Shown in pieces: positions 1-9,613 of a DNA stretch of 20,444 bases. Position 1 is the first letter of the stretch. The number at the start of each line of letters is the position of its first letter. The translations under genes were made by a program, and so were the position numbers. The notes under the pieces were generated by a model. The model ran no database searches. It was not told the DNA's origin and worked only from the letters and a program-made list of their open reading frames with translations. This DNA comes from a virus, in the IMG/VR virus record IMGVR_UViG_3300045988_163304, positions 128,001 to 148,444 of that record; one strand, written 5' to 3'.

Positions 1-378
1 TATTTTAAAATATTATTTTCATTAATTGAAATAGCTTTAACATTACCTTCTGAATCTCGATAATAATATCGGTAATTAATAGTTTCATTTAATAAAAAAC
101 GCCTAAATTTAAATATTAATTCATAAGCATTTGCTAAAAGAATACGATTTGAAGCAGTATTTGTTTTTGATTTAAAACCAACTATTTTTTTTATATTTCC
201 TTCATGATATATAGCACGCATTTTTTGTTGACACATTAATATTGTTTTATCTACCTAAGTTTTAAATTCATCTAGGTCAATATTTAACATTTGCTATGAA
301 TCTTCCTGAAAGGCTTTACTAACCATATCATTTACTACATTAAACTCTTTCTCAGATAAGATTTTTACTTTAGCCATC
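1..378 (-). CDS. hypothetical protein, N-terminal part only (continues past window start); contains at least 2 in-frame TAG
   Basis: ATG at 376-378 on minus strand, preceded by GGAGGTA ribosome-binding site (revcomp of 391-397). Reads MAKVKILSEKEFNVVNDMVSKAFQEDS[TAG]QMLNIDLDEFKT[TAG]VDKTILMCQQKMRAIYHEGNIKK... with no TAA/TGA to position 1. Confidence 0.5.
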
Positions 379-396
379 TCATCTCTTCTTTACCTC

Positions 397-440
397 CTAA
401 AATAAAAAAAATGGGAAGAGGAATAAATCCTCTCCCCATA
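397..440 (-). terminator. rho-independent terminator after 456..1568
   Basis: GC hairpin GGGGAGAGGATTTATTCCTCTTCCC on the minus strand, followed by a U-run (plus-strand A8 at 397-404). It is GC-rich in otherwise AT-rich DNA. Confidence 0.6.
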
Positions 441-455
441 AAATTTTTAATTAAA

Positions 456-1568
456 TTACCAATTATAACTATCGTGAGATTTCTGGTGAACTGTGCTATG
501 ACGATGTAAATCCTCATTATCCAGATATTCAATTACTTGAATTGCAGCCAGAACCTTCTTACTATGATCGAAACGAGTATAATCAGGGAATGCATCTAAG
601 GTGAAAGTAAATGTACTTGGGTCACCAGAAGAAGCCATAGTAAAGGTGAAATTAGACTGAATCTTGCAGTTAGGAATAATGAACTCAGCAGGCATGTCTA
701 CACCGTTAGTATCACGGAATAGAGTAGAAGCCTCAAGATAATAGTTACCACCAAACTTATCAGCAGTAATTTCCATCTGAGTAGCACCAGACTTACGTTC
801 AGTGTAATAATCAACTAACACAGAATCGAACTTTAGACGATTTGGTAGAGTAACTACATCATAAGCGGTATTATCTCCACTAGCTGGAGTATATTTATGT
901 CCACCACTTTGCTCATCCTCATAAGAAGCTAAACCAACATACATATCATGGTCCATTACAGCCACACGATAATAAGTCTTGCCGTCTAAATCTTCTACAG
1001 TAGGAGCAAAATCAGTATCAATTCCAGAAGCCTTAGAATCTTGAATGGTAGCATTGCCTTTGTCATCATAAACCTCATGAACGGGAATGTAAGGTTCAGA
1101 GATAATTTCACCATTCTTCATAAACATAACATAAGCATAGTTGTCACCAGCATTAGCAGGCATATAAGGCTTATTCTCAGTATAAATAGCAAACTTAAAA
1201 CTATCCTCAAGAATCTTAAAACGTTTGCTATCACTTACATCAATAGTCTCAGTAATATGCTGATAAATTGGCTTATCTGCATTAGCAGAAATCAAACCAG
1301 CACCAGAAAGAATCATAAATCCTTCAGGAGAAATTAAAGCATCCTCCATAGTGAAGGTCAGAGTTCTTTCACCTTCCCATGCTACCAAACGAGAGTTACC
1401 ACGACCACCTTGTGCATATACAGTGGTAGCAGCACCTTCTAAGCTAGAAGTTTTCAGGGTGTCAAAATAAATAACAGGTTCACCAGCATAGAACACCTTA
1501 TTACCGATTTTCTGTGCTGACTTAGCCTTTAGTACAACATCACAAATTTCGCGGACACCGAATTTCAT
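456..1568 (-). CDS. abundant structural protein, 370 aa (possibly major tail/tube protein, guessed from position; product uncertain)
   Basis: Intact ORF in the track with no TAG. Strong ribosome-binding site GGAGGAAATAACACT before ATG. TAA stop, then a terminator. It is the last gene of the late block. Confidence 0.8.
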   Translation of the reverse strand: MKFGVREICDVVLKAKSAQKIGNKVFYAGEPVIYFDTLKTSSLEGAATTVYAQGGRGNSRLVAWEGERTLTFTMEDALISPEGFMILSGAGLISANADKPIYQHITETIDVSDSKRFKILEDSFKFAIYTENKPYMPANAGDNYAYVMFMKNGEIISEPYIPVHEVYDDKGNATIQDSKASGIDTDFAPTVEDLDGKTYYRVAVMDHDMYVGLASYEDEQSGGHKYTPASGDNTAYDVVTLPNRLKFDSVLVDYYTERKSGATQMEITADKFGGNYYLEASTLFRDTNGVDMPAEFIIPNCKIQSNFTFTMASSGDPSTFTFTLDAFPDYTRFDHSKKVLAAIQVIEYLDNEDLHRHSTVHQKSHDSYNW

Positions 1569-1595
1569 AGTGTTATTTCCTCCTTGTATTTTTAA

Positions 1596-2324
1596 TTAAT
1601 GAATGTTTTTCATCCAATTATCCGGGGTCCCTTCAGGTTTACCGCCAGCTAAACGCTAGCGCACATCCAGGTCCCAAGCAGTATATAGCGTATATCTCTC
1701 CATTAAATCATATAATTGGAACATTGTCAGATTTGTCAAATCCTATAATGACATTGAACCTAATCCAATAGTCAAGATTGACATATACTAACTAAAAACA
1801 CTTACATTCGAATTACCGTTTTGAGCGGCAACTCGCTGTCTCCCTCGCATTAGCTTTTGAGCAATCTCACGAGCCTTGTCGTTGGCAGGATTGAAAGCCT
1901 ACTAATCCATCGGGCCATTGTGCATACAAAAGATTAAACGCAACACTTCTTGTAATGCTTCAAAATTATTCCCATCTACAGTAATAGGAGGAACACCTTC
2001 CTTCATAAATAATAATGAATTCGGCGTCACATTTACTTTATATGATGGGAATAATAAATTTAAGACATTTAAAATGTTAGCTTTTTTATCCTTTGTTTCA
2101 TCCTATAACATTATCGTCATAAATATCTAAAAATTATTAATACTGTCTAGAATAGTTTTGTCCTCTATAAACATAGTTTTATGCAAACAGAGAGTCTATG
2201 CTCCAATAAAAAAATCAGATTCCCCAATAAATGAAATTTCTTTTATCCTTGGTTGATGAGCGACTAAATTACATTCAGGAATCAATATATCAGTTCCGCA
2301 AATTAAATTTAAGCGGTAATCCAT
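1596..2324 (-). CDS. hypothetical structural-module protein, 242 aa, with about 8 in-frame TAG
   Basis: Manual minus-strand translation from ATG 2322-2324 (overlaps the upstream TAA as TAATG) to TAA 1596-1598 is continuous if TAG is sense: MDYRLNLICGTDILIPECNLVAHQPRIKEISFIGESDFFIGA[Q]TLCLHKTMFIEDKTILDSINNF[Q]IFMTIML[Q]DETKDKKANILNVLNLLFPSYKVNVTPNSLLFMKEGVPPITVDGNNFEALQEVLRLIFCMHNGPMD[Q][Q]AFNPANDKAREIAQKLMRGRQRVAAQNGNSNVSVFS[Q]YMSILTIGLGSMSL[Q]DLTNLTMFQLYDLMERYTLYTAWDLDVR[Q]RLAGGKPEGTPDNWMKNIH. It includes the GC-rich stretch 1600-1900. Confidence 0.55.
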
Positions 2325-2926
2325 TATTTACTAATATAATCCTTGAATTCTTTAATAAATTGTTCCTCTTTAATTTTGCCGCTATTTTTATCAGGATAAG
2401 TTGGCATATATTTTTCATCTTCGCCACCATGAACAGTGCGATACATCAAACATAATCCAGCAAATTCATCATTTAAAACAATCTAAGTAGCACCCATAAA
2501 TTCTAAATAACCAATACCAGTTAATTTTTTCAAATTAAACATTGAATCAATTTCTCCGGCAATTTTATACGGGCGTAATGCATAATCTCTTAAATTCCAT
2601 TGGTCAAAATGACATATAATATCAAATTGAATAGTATTATCTCTAAACTCTGGATTTTCACTGGGAGTAAAATTATCGAAATTAATTAATACATAATTTA
2701 AAACAGAACCATCAACATATAATTTAGGCACTATTTTAATATTAGTTCCTAGCAAACTTAAAGACTAATCTTCAGTAAGATTAGGTTTTTCCATAGCATC
2801 ACTAGTAGTATAATATAATAATTTTTTTAAACGATTATTTTTTAATATTTCATTAACAATAATCCCAGTATCTTTTTCCATAGATAGAAAACTTGATTTT
2901 GGAATATGATATCCGTCTATTCTCAT
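2324..2926 (-). CDS. hypothetical protein, 200 aa, 2 in-frame TAG
   Basis: AAGGAG ribosome-binding site then ATG 2924-2926. Includes track ORF 2483..2755. TAG at 2765-2767 and 2483-2485 lie between clean protein sequence. TAA stop at 2324-2326. Confidence 0.6.
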
Positions 2927-2948
2927 GTTTTCAATCTCCTTTTACTCA

Positions 2949-4103
2949 TTAAAACAATGATTCTACTACTATAGTTTTTCGACTAGTTCCATAAACTAAA
3001 TCAAACTAACCGCTATAAGTAGAATCCCATTTAAGTTTAATTGTTGCAAATCCTTTATCATTAGTTCCTTCACTAATAATTCGGACAGGAACATCATTAC
3101 CTTCAATTTTCCAAGTTCCTCGAACATTTTTAATATTTAAATTAAAATCATATTCTTTTTTAGGCTTAATAAAGGTTTCACCAACTATATTTAAAATTTT
3201 ATTATTATCTTTGTTATCATCTATAATTTTACGTTTTAGTATTGGGTCTGGTATTTTAAATACATCAGCTAATCCTGCATCTCGGTCATCTGTAAACTCA
3301 TTAGCATAATATTCAACAGCATTTACTTCAATAACGCCAGTCATGCTAATATTATTTACAGCTTCAACTCTCCAGCAGGTATCATAAACTGAACCGTCTT
3401 CCGGCCAAATATAAAACTTCTAATAACGCTTAAAAAATTTCAAAGTTTTTTCATTTTTAGGAATTAATAAATTTAAAGAATAATTTGGATTGTCTACGCT
3501 AGTAGTATGTTTTTGAATATAATCAATTTTAGTTTCTACTGGACCTCGGTTAGCCACATAAACTACATTTAATTCATCATCCATCATAAATGGAATTTGA
3601 TAAGTACATCTACGAACATCTCCGCGAAAATAAGCTAATTCATCTAAATCCTATAAATAAATTAACCAATAAGTTCCAGTATTACACCATTCAAATACAT
3701 CTCCACAATTAAATTTATGTTCAAATCCAATTGAAATAACTTTATCATCATAATCCTATTTTAATTTATTAGGATTCATTAATGCTCGAACAGGAGGTAA
3801 AATATTTTTTTCTTTTTTAGTTTCTACCTCTGTAGCCGCACATTTACGCACCCAAGCCGCCTAATAAGAATATTTAGTAGCTTGGTCTAACGAATGTCGT
3901 TTATCTTTGATCATTCGCTACTGTTGGGCAAAACCACCCGCACTCATTAATCTTTTAGCCATATTTAAACTACCATCAACTGAATCTGGCTAAGGAATTT
4001 TTATACTTGTATCACCTAAACGAGCCCCTACAAGATTTACACTTTTATTAGTATTTAAACCATAAGGCAATAATTTTTCCATTTTTTCTGGACGTTTTGG
4101 CAT
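2949..4103 (-). CDS. hypothetical structural protein, 384 aa, 8 in-frame TAG
   Basis: AGGAGA ribosome-binding site then ATG 4101-4103. Continuous translation through TAG at 3990, 3918, 3861, 3756, 3651, 3420, 3006 and 2997. Includes track ORF 3006..3344. TAA at 2949-2951. Confidence 0.6.
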
Positions 4104-4363
4104 TACTTTCTAATCTCCTATAATAAACTAATACATTCAAATACAGTTTTTCTATAAATTGAGAATTCAATATCATTTAAAACATTTAATCCTTCTAATT
4201 TACTAAGCAACTATAAAAATCGCGGGTCCTAAATAAAAATTTCATTTAAGCCCGCAATTTCAATAATAACTGTATTTAATTGTTTATCCCAATCTTCTTC
4301 ATTTTCTCTCATAGGGATTAATTTCCACAGTTGATTAGTTAATCTTACTATATTTTTTTCCAT
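4103..4363 (-). CDS. small hypothetical protein, about 86 aa, 3 in-frame TAG
   Basis: ATG 4361-4363. Reads MEKNIVRLTNQLWKLIPMRENEEDWDKQLNTVIIEIAGLNEIFI[Q]DPRFL[Q]LLSKLEGLNVLNDIEFSIYRKTVFECISLL[Q]EIRK. Stop overlaps the next start as TAATG. Weak ribosome-binding site. Confidence 0.4.
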
Positions 4364-4391
4364 GACTTCATCGGAAATATCTGTATGATAT

Positions 4392-4979
4392 TTAGTTATC
4401 ATAAGGATAATTTTTATAATGAAATACGCCCCAATTGGATTCGTATTTCCCTTCTACTAATTTACGACGTTTATATAAACGTTGCATATGAAATGATTGT
4501 CTCTAACATTCACTCAGTAAAGACATCAATTTTTGTAAATGATTAGCCTATGAAGTCATTTTAAAATCTGAACCACTATACTTCATACGAGTGTGTTCAA
4601 TAGAAGTAACTTGGCGCTATACCCAATTTACCATCATCAATATAGCTAAAATATTAATTTCCTCCGGTGTTAATTCAGCTCCAAAAGATGAATGTTCTAC
4701 CATTACACGAGGAGGGCGGATTTCTGATTCTTCATCTGTTTCATCTTCCCACAAAAGACCAATTACAAAATCATCTTCTAATATTTCATCTTCATATTTA
4801 ATTTCCTAATCAATAGTATAATCATAAATATCAAATCTAGGAAATTCAAATTCAGGTAAAATATTTAAAAGTATCGCACGTAAATCTTTAATTGTATCTT
4901 CTGGAGTTAATTCAATATAAAGGTCATCAGTAATTTTCCCAAGGAAGCGATTATAAATATCAGTGAATTTAGTTCCCAT
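4392..4979 (-). CDS. hypothetical protein, 195 aa, 4 in-frame TAG
   Basis: GGAGGCG ribosome-binding site then ATG 4977-4979. Reads MGTKFTDIYNRFLGKITDDLYIELTPEDTIKDLRAILLNILPEFEFPRFDIYDYTID[Q]EIKYEDEILEDDFVIGLLWEDETDEESEIRPPRVMVEHSSFGAELTPEEINILAILMMVNWV[Q]RQVTSIEHTRMKYSGSDFKMTS[Q]ANHLQKLMSLLSEC[Q]RQSFHMQRLYKRRKLVEGKYESNWGVFHYKNYPYDN. TAA stop. Confidence 0.6.
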
Positions 4980-5000
4980 GATACGCCTCCTATTTATTTA

Positions 5001-5588
5001 TTATTCAGCAGATTTAGTTTCAGTTTGCTTTACTACTTTGTAAGCACTTCCAGATGTACGACGTCCTGCAGGAGTAGATTCTGTAACACGTCTTTCAGCT
5101 GGCTTATCTGCGATAGTTTCCTTTTTATCGTCTTCTTTACTAGCGCGGTCATTTTCAATAGCTTTATCTACATCAAAACCAGTTTTAGCTTTTAAAGCTT
5201 CACGCTTAGCCATATCAGTAATGGGTAATTGAACAGACATGGTTTTAATCAAATCAATAACTCCAATAGGAGCAAAATCAAGAGCATCTAAAAATGCATC
5301 AATAGAACCACTAAGAATTAAATCACGCACTTGCTCTTCTGACATATTATATTCAGGTTCACGATGAACATTTAAATCATCAGTAACTTCATTTTCCATA
5401 ATCTGTAAGAAATTAGCAATTAATTCACGTCCACCAGGTTGGTAAGTCAATTTTTCTAGTTCCCCAAATGGAATGCGCTTCACCTCACCGGGCGCCCATT
5501 CGCGTCTCAAATTACTCTCAGGAATTCTATATACAACAACACTAGTACTTCTATTTTTTACATTAAACATATCTTCAGAACGAATCAT
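5001..5588 (-). CDS. hypothetical head-associated protein, 195 aa (basic C-terminus)
   Basis: Intact track ORF with no TAG. Lies directly downstream of the capsid gene and its terminator. TAA stop. Confidence 0.75.
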   Translation of the reverse strand: MIRSEDMFNVKNRSTSVVVYRIPESNLRREWAPGEVKRIPFGELEKLTYQPGGRELIANFLQIMENEVTDDLNVHREPEYNMSEEQVRDLILSGSIDAFLDALDFAPIGVIDLIKTMSVQLPITDMAKREALKAKTGFDVDKAIENDRASKEDDKKETIADKPAERRVTESTPAGRRTSGSAYKVVKQTETKSAE

Positions 5589-5605
5589 TTTATTATCTCC
5601 TTTTT

Positions 5606-5650
5606 CTCTAAAAAAAATAAGGGGAGAGGGAGTAAATCCCTTCTCCCCTT
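5606..5650 (-). terminator. rho-independent terminator after major capsid gene
   Basis: Hairpin AAGGGGAGAAGGGATTTACTCCCTCTCCCCTT on the minus strand plus a U-run. Near-identical motif to the terminator at 397-440. Confidence 0.6.
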
Positions 5651-5676
5651 AAATGAAATCTATATTAAGGTTTAAA

Positions 5677-6783
5677 TCAAATTTGTCCACTTAGACGTCC
5701 ATCATAGGTAACAACCTTACCAGTTACACCATCATAGTTCCAAGTATACATCTGACCCATTAATGAAGTATCAACATAAGAGCAAATGTTGTTAGCCAAC
5801 ATACAACCAACGCCGACCTTCTTATAAACCTGAATCTCACGAGAACGATCATAATTGCTGAATTCATCAACAATAGTTCCACCCTCGAAAGCAATCTTTA
5901 CAGGCTTGCCATCAACACCAGTAGGAATAATCCAAGCGTAGCCAGGATCAATAACCTTACGGGTATTACTTTCATCCTCGAAGCCCTGCTCTAGAATAAC
6001 AACTTTGGTTCCCTTATAAGAAGCCAAACGACCAGTATTCCACAGCTCAGTCTTCATAGCTTCAGTATAACGCCAAGCTTCATTAGGAATCATACGAACA
6101 GCAAATTCATAAGTACAATAAATAGTAGGAGTACCATAAGCAGAAGCGATGGTAATCAAACGATCCATAGCACCCTCATCGAAACCTGCTGCAGCAACAC
6201 GGTTAGCAGGAGGTAGCTGATTAATAGAAGACTTCAAAGCCAAAGCAACTTCCTTGTAAATCAGTTCATCCATACCATCCATAATAATCTTGGTAACTTC
6301 AGCAAAATCAACACGACCATCTAAGAACTCTTCGAAGCCGATTTGAGCAGCTCCGCCGATAGCAGAGGTACGAACCTCAAAGCTCTCGTTTTCAGCAGGT
6401 CCCAGCTTGAAGACTTCATAGATACCAGCCAGTCCAACGCGAGTCACAAACTGCTTAGCACGTGCGCGTGTGTTTAGAGGACGACGGAAAATGGGCTTAT
6501 CACCCTGAGCAAACTGCTTAACTTCAGCAAACTGCTCATAAGATTGAGAAACCTTCTTAGGAAGAACTTCATCCAAAGTCTCCTCAATCATTGAGAAAAT
6601 TAAATTTTTATTTTCACGATATAGAGCATTAGTGCCAGCCAGCTCATTCATCTCATTACGTAAAGTATCGTTCAGAGCCTCATAAGAAAGGTTCTGACCA
6701 TTATAACTGTAAGCCACAGGAGAAGAAGGATCAGCCTTAGCAACAGTCTTCATTAAAGCAACTAAATTGTTTCTATCTAACAT
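5677..6783 (-). CDS. putative major capsid protein (HK97-like), 368 aa
   Basis: Intact ORF, no TAG, TGA stop, followed by a strong terminator. Sits after a scaffold-like gene. Size and composition fit a major capsid protein. The call rests on gene order and protein features only; no homology search was run. Confidence 0.7.
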   Translation of the reverse strand: MLDRNNLVALMKTVAKADPSSPVAYSYNGQNLSYEALNDTLRNEMNELAGTNALYRENKNLIFSMIEETLDEVLPKKVSQSYEQFAEVKQFAQGDKPIFRRPLNTRARAKQFVTRVGLAGIYEVFKLGPAENESFEVRTSAIGGAAQIGFEEFLDGRVDFAEVTKIIMDGMDELIYKEVALALKSSINQLPPANRVAAAGFDEGAMDRLITIASAYGTPTIYCTYEFAVRMIPNEAWRYTEAMKTELWNTGRLASYKGTKVVILEQGFEDESNTRKVIDPGYAWIIPTGVDGKPVKIAFEGGTIVDEFSNYDRSREIQVYKKVGVGCMLANNICSYVDTSLMGQMYTWNYDGVTGKVVTYDGRLSGQI

Positions 6784-6800
6784 TATTCTTCTCTCCTTTC

Positions 6801-7736
6801 TTACGCAATACGTAGAATCTTAGCGCCACGTTGTCCATCAGGCATAGTATATACCTTAACAACCTGCCACTTCATATCCTGACTCTCATCTTTTACAAGA
6901 ATTCCGTCAGCAGCTGCTGGAGCTAAAATATCACCAACAGAAACACTATCTTCATTAATCATATTAGTAGTATAATGATCACCAACATTAGTCTTGAAGA
7001 CACGAGGAACCATTGCAGTACCTGGAGTCATGCGCTTCTCATGATAAACACCAAGCTTCTTATATGGATCATTAGTCCAAGTCAGCTCTTCGTAAATGTC
7101 AGCGACATCAGTTAGAACCTTATCATAAGCATACTTTACAGGCACAGGAGTCTTAGTCTGATTGGTCTTAGGATCAATTTCATACTCTACACCATTATAA
7201 GTAAACTTATTGTCCTTAACATCATAAACTTCGCCAGCGATGGTAACAGTCTTTAGACCCTGGTCTAAAGCAACAGTGTGCTCAAGTACCTTGTGGTCAG
7301 CACCAGTTTCATCAACACCATTCCAGAAACGTCCACCATATTCAACCTCAGTATGCTCCCAATCATATGGAGAATAAATACGAGCCTGATAGTCGTCCTT
7401 TAGCATAGCAAATTCGCAATCCCACTGCTTAGTTCCATCAGGATGATCGCGATATAACTTAATCTCATTATAAACTAGCATCCACTCACCCTTGCCAGTA
7501 AAATTCACTTCACCAATACCATTGGCATTAGCAGCGTAATCATACTTGACAAACTGGCCGTTTTCAAGAATATTAATATCCTTGTTAGCAGGCAACTGAG
7601 CATAAATTTGAGCGGTTCTTTGTGCAGACAGGTGATTTGGCTCAACCTGACCATAACCAAACTCAACATACTTAGCCTGTGACTTAGGTGGATTCTTACC
7701 AACGCCTAAATGAGAATTTAAAAAATCCTTAAACAT
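6801..7736 (-). CDS. hypothetical head protein, 311 aa
   Basis: Intact track ORF between the scaffold-like and capsid-like genes. No TAG. Confidence 0.75.
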   Translation of the reverse strand: MFKDFLNSHLGVGKNPPKSQAKYVEFGYGQVEPNHLSAQRTAQIYAQLPANKDINILENGQFVKYDYAANANGIGEVNFTGKGEWMLVYNEIKLYRDHPDGTKQWDCEFAMLKDDYQARIYSPYDWEHTEVEYGGRFWNGVDETGADHKVLEHTVALDQGLKTVTIAGEVYDVKDNKFTYNGVEYEIDPKTNQTKTPVPVKYAYDKVLTDVADIYEELTWTNDPYKKLGVYHEKRMTPGTAMVPRVFKTNVGDHYTTNMINEDSVSVGDILAPAAADGILVKDESQDMKWQVVKVYTMPDGQRGAKILRIA

Positions 7737-7754
7737 TTAAGTATGTCCTCCTTA

Positions 7755-9341
7755 TTAGTTTTTATTGGCTGATTCTAGAACAGCCTTGACCCAAGCTGGC
7801 ATTCCAGCATCTCTGTCATCATCTAAATTGCTTAAATTATAGGTAGTTGGGCCTTTATTATTATTATCATCATCAAGGTTAAAATTAACCTTGTTGCGAA
7901 CACAAATAACAGAAAGTTTTGCTTCAATATCATCAACAGAATACTTATCAATGTTATCAATAACATCTTTCTTATCATCATCAGACAGCATATAGAATGA
8001 TTGAATCATAGCTTCTTTGTCCTTGCGCTCAATACTATTTTTAAACTCAGTCAAAGAAGTATTAGTTTCACTTAGAGCCTTATTTTCAGCTTCTAACAAA
8101 CTAAATTTATTTTGCAACTCTTCATATTCTACCTTTAAGCTAACATATTCTTCAATTTCATCTAAGGAATACTTTTTCTTTTTCTTTTCATCCTTATCAT
8201 CTTTTGAAGGATCATCATCTTTATTTTCTGACTTTTGACCATTATTTTTAGAAGAACCATCATCTTTTTTATTCTCAGGGTCGCCAGAATTATCGCCCTT
8301 ATCATCGTTTGCCTTTTTATTTTCTTCTTCTTGCTTTTTCTTAAATTCGGTTTCATAAGCTTCAACCGCCTCTAAAGCAAATTGAGGCTCTGCCGCTGGA
8401 GTATAAGATTTAGTCACTTCAATTAAACCTTCACCAGGAACAAGATCATCAGAATCACTCAAAGAAAAGTTTAAACGATAATATTTCATATCTCCGCGAT
8501 CTTGAAGAATAGCAAATTTTTGACTATTATCTTCAAAAACGCCATCAATACGATACTTAGAGCAATAATTGTTAGAGCCATCAGGGAAAGCCTTATTTAC
8601 GTATTCCCATAAAGCACTCCATAGAGAATCTCCGATTTCTACGGCATATCTATTAAACACTTTTGCTCCTCCTTCTTTTAATAATTCTTTTAATTCATTC
8701 ATCATTGAGTATAGTTCATTTTTAAAACTATCATCAAATGAAAGAGAAAACTTTGTAATAGAGGAGCCTTCGAAGCAAGGTTCACACTCTTCTCCTAAAA
8801 TACAAAGTTTAGAAATAATTGCTTCATTAATAATGAAAAACTACGGCTTTCCATTATTATCTTTCGTCCAAGTTCCATCTAAAGTGCCTTCATCAAGTTC
8901 CATAGAATGATTATTACCCTACTCAATGATGCGCTTACATTCTGGATATTGGCCGGTCCATAAATATCCTTCAGTCATAAGATATTCATGTTCATTAACG
9001 CCATCATCTAAAAATTTCTAAAACCAAACCTTGGCACCTAAATCTACAAAACCATAAGGTTTAGTAGTGTCTTTCATTTCAAACTTTCCGTTTGAAATAT
9101 TAATAATTCTATTGTGTTCCTCAAAATCTCCATTAGATTCATTATAAAAACCAACAATAGGACTGCCAGGGAGACTATTAGCCATCTCCCTTGCAGTTTC
9201 TTTAGAAATAATGCTTCGATTGCGATTTGGTTCATCCCCAACGTAGCAAACTTTAATTTGGCATTTAGAAATCAAAGGATTAATAGGAGTTACATTAATA
9301 AATTCACAAGGCGTTTCAAGTTTAATACTTTGATGCTTCAT
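7755..9341 (-). CDS. putative prohead protease/scaffold fusion-like protein, about 528 aa, 3 in-frame TAG
   Basis: Track ORFs 9018..9341 and 7755..8705 are in the same frame (both ends = 2 mod 3). Translating the intervening 8706-9017 gives no TAA/TGA and three TAG (9018, 8919, 8841): ...GAKVWF[Q]KFLDDGVNEHEYLMTEGYLWTGQYPECKRIIE[Q]GNNHSMELDEGTLDGTWTKDNNGKP[Q]FFIINEAIISKLCILGEECEPCFEGSSITKFSLSFDDSFKNELYSMMNELK... The C-terminal part is K/D/E-rich low-complexity plus coiled coil, typical of scaffolds. AAGGAGG ribosome-binding site before ATG 9341. Confidence 0.55.
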
Positions 9342-9613
9342 GATTTACCTCCTTAATTCATTGACTCTTTATTTTTTATGGTTTTTTCACTTTTCTAATC
9401 ATCAGCCTTTTCAGGTCGCCCAGACTATTTTGTTTCAGTAGTCTGTTTTGTAGTAGTCTATTGATTACTACTTCCTGAATTATTTTGTGTTTTATTCTAA
9501 TTGTTTGAACCTTTATTACCCAAAACATCTTGACTACTCATAGTAGAAGACATTAATGGCGGGATCATAATTTCAGTTAATTTCAACACATCATTTTCAA
9601 ATACCGCAGTATT
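9342..9613 (-). promoter_or_regulatory. intergenic region upstream of the head-morphogenesis operon, with GTAGTC/GACTAC inverted-repeat hairpins
   Basis: CAGACTA-N11-TAGTCTG at 9421-9445, GTAGTAGTC-TATT-GATTACTAC at 9451-9473, and TGACTACTCATAGTAG at 9531-9546. No ORF. Largest non-coding gap in the late block. Confidence 0.45.

Noticed and set aside
1041-1337. Plus-strand track ORFs inside the late block (1041..1337, 1918..2130, 2231..2455, 4591..4809, 8017..8238, 8569..8910, 9114..9356)
   Set aside because: All are antisense to well-supported minus-strand genes and lack ribosome-binding sites. 2231..2455 and 1918..2130 sit inside genes that read continuously once TAG is decoded.
1600-1920. 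GC-rich stretch that looked like a structured ncRNA or tRNA-like element
   Set aside because: It translates cleanly on the minus strand as the C-terminal third of gene 1596..2324 (…RLAGGKPEGTPDNWMKNIH) and has no cloverleaf features.
7505-8365. Minus-strand ORFs 7505..7702 and 8162..8365
   Set aside because: They are alternate frames inside larger intact genes (6801..7736 and the scaffold region). 8162..8365 is a K/R-rich artefact of the low-complexity scaffold sequence.
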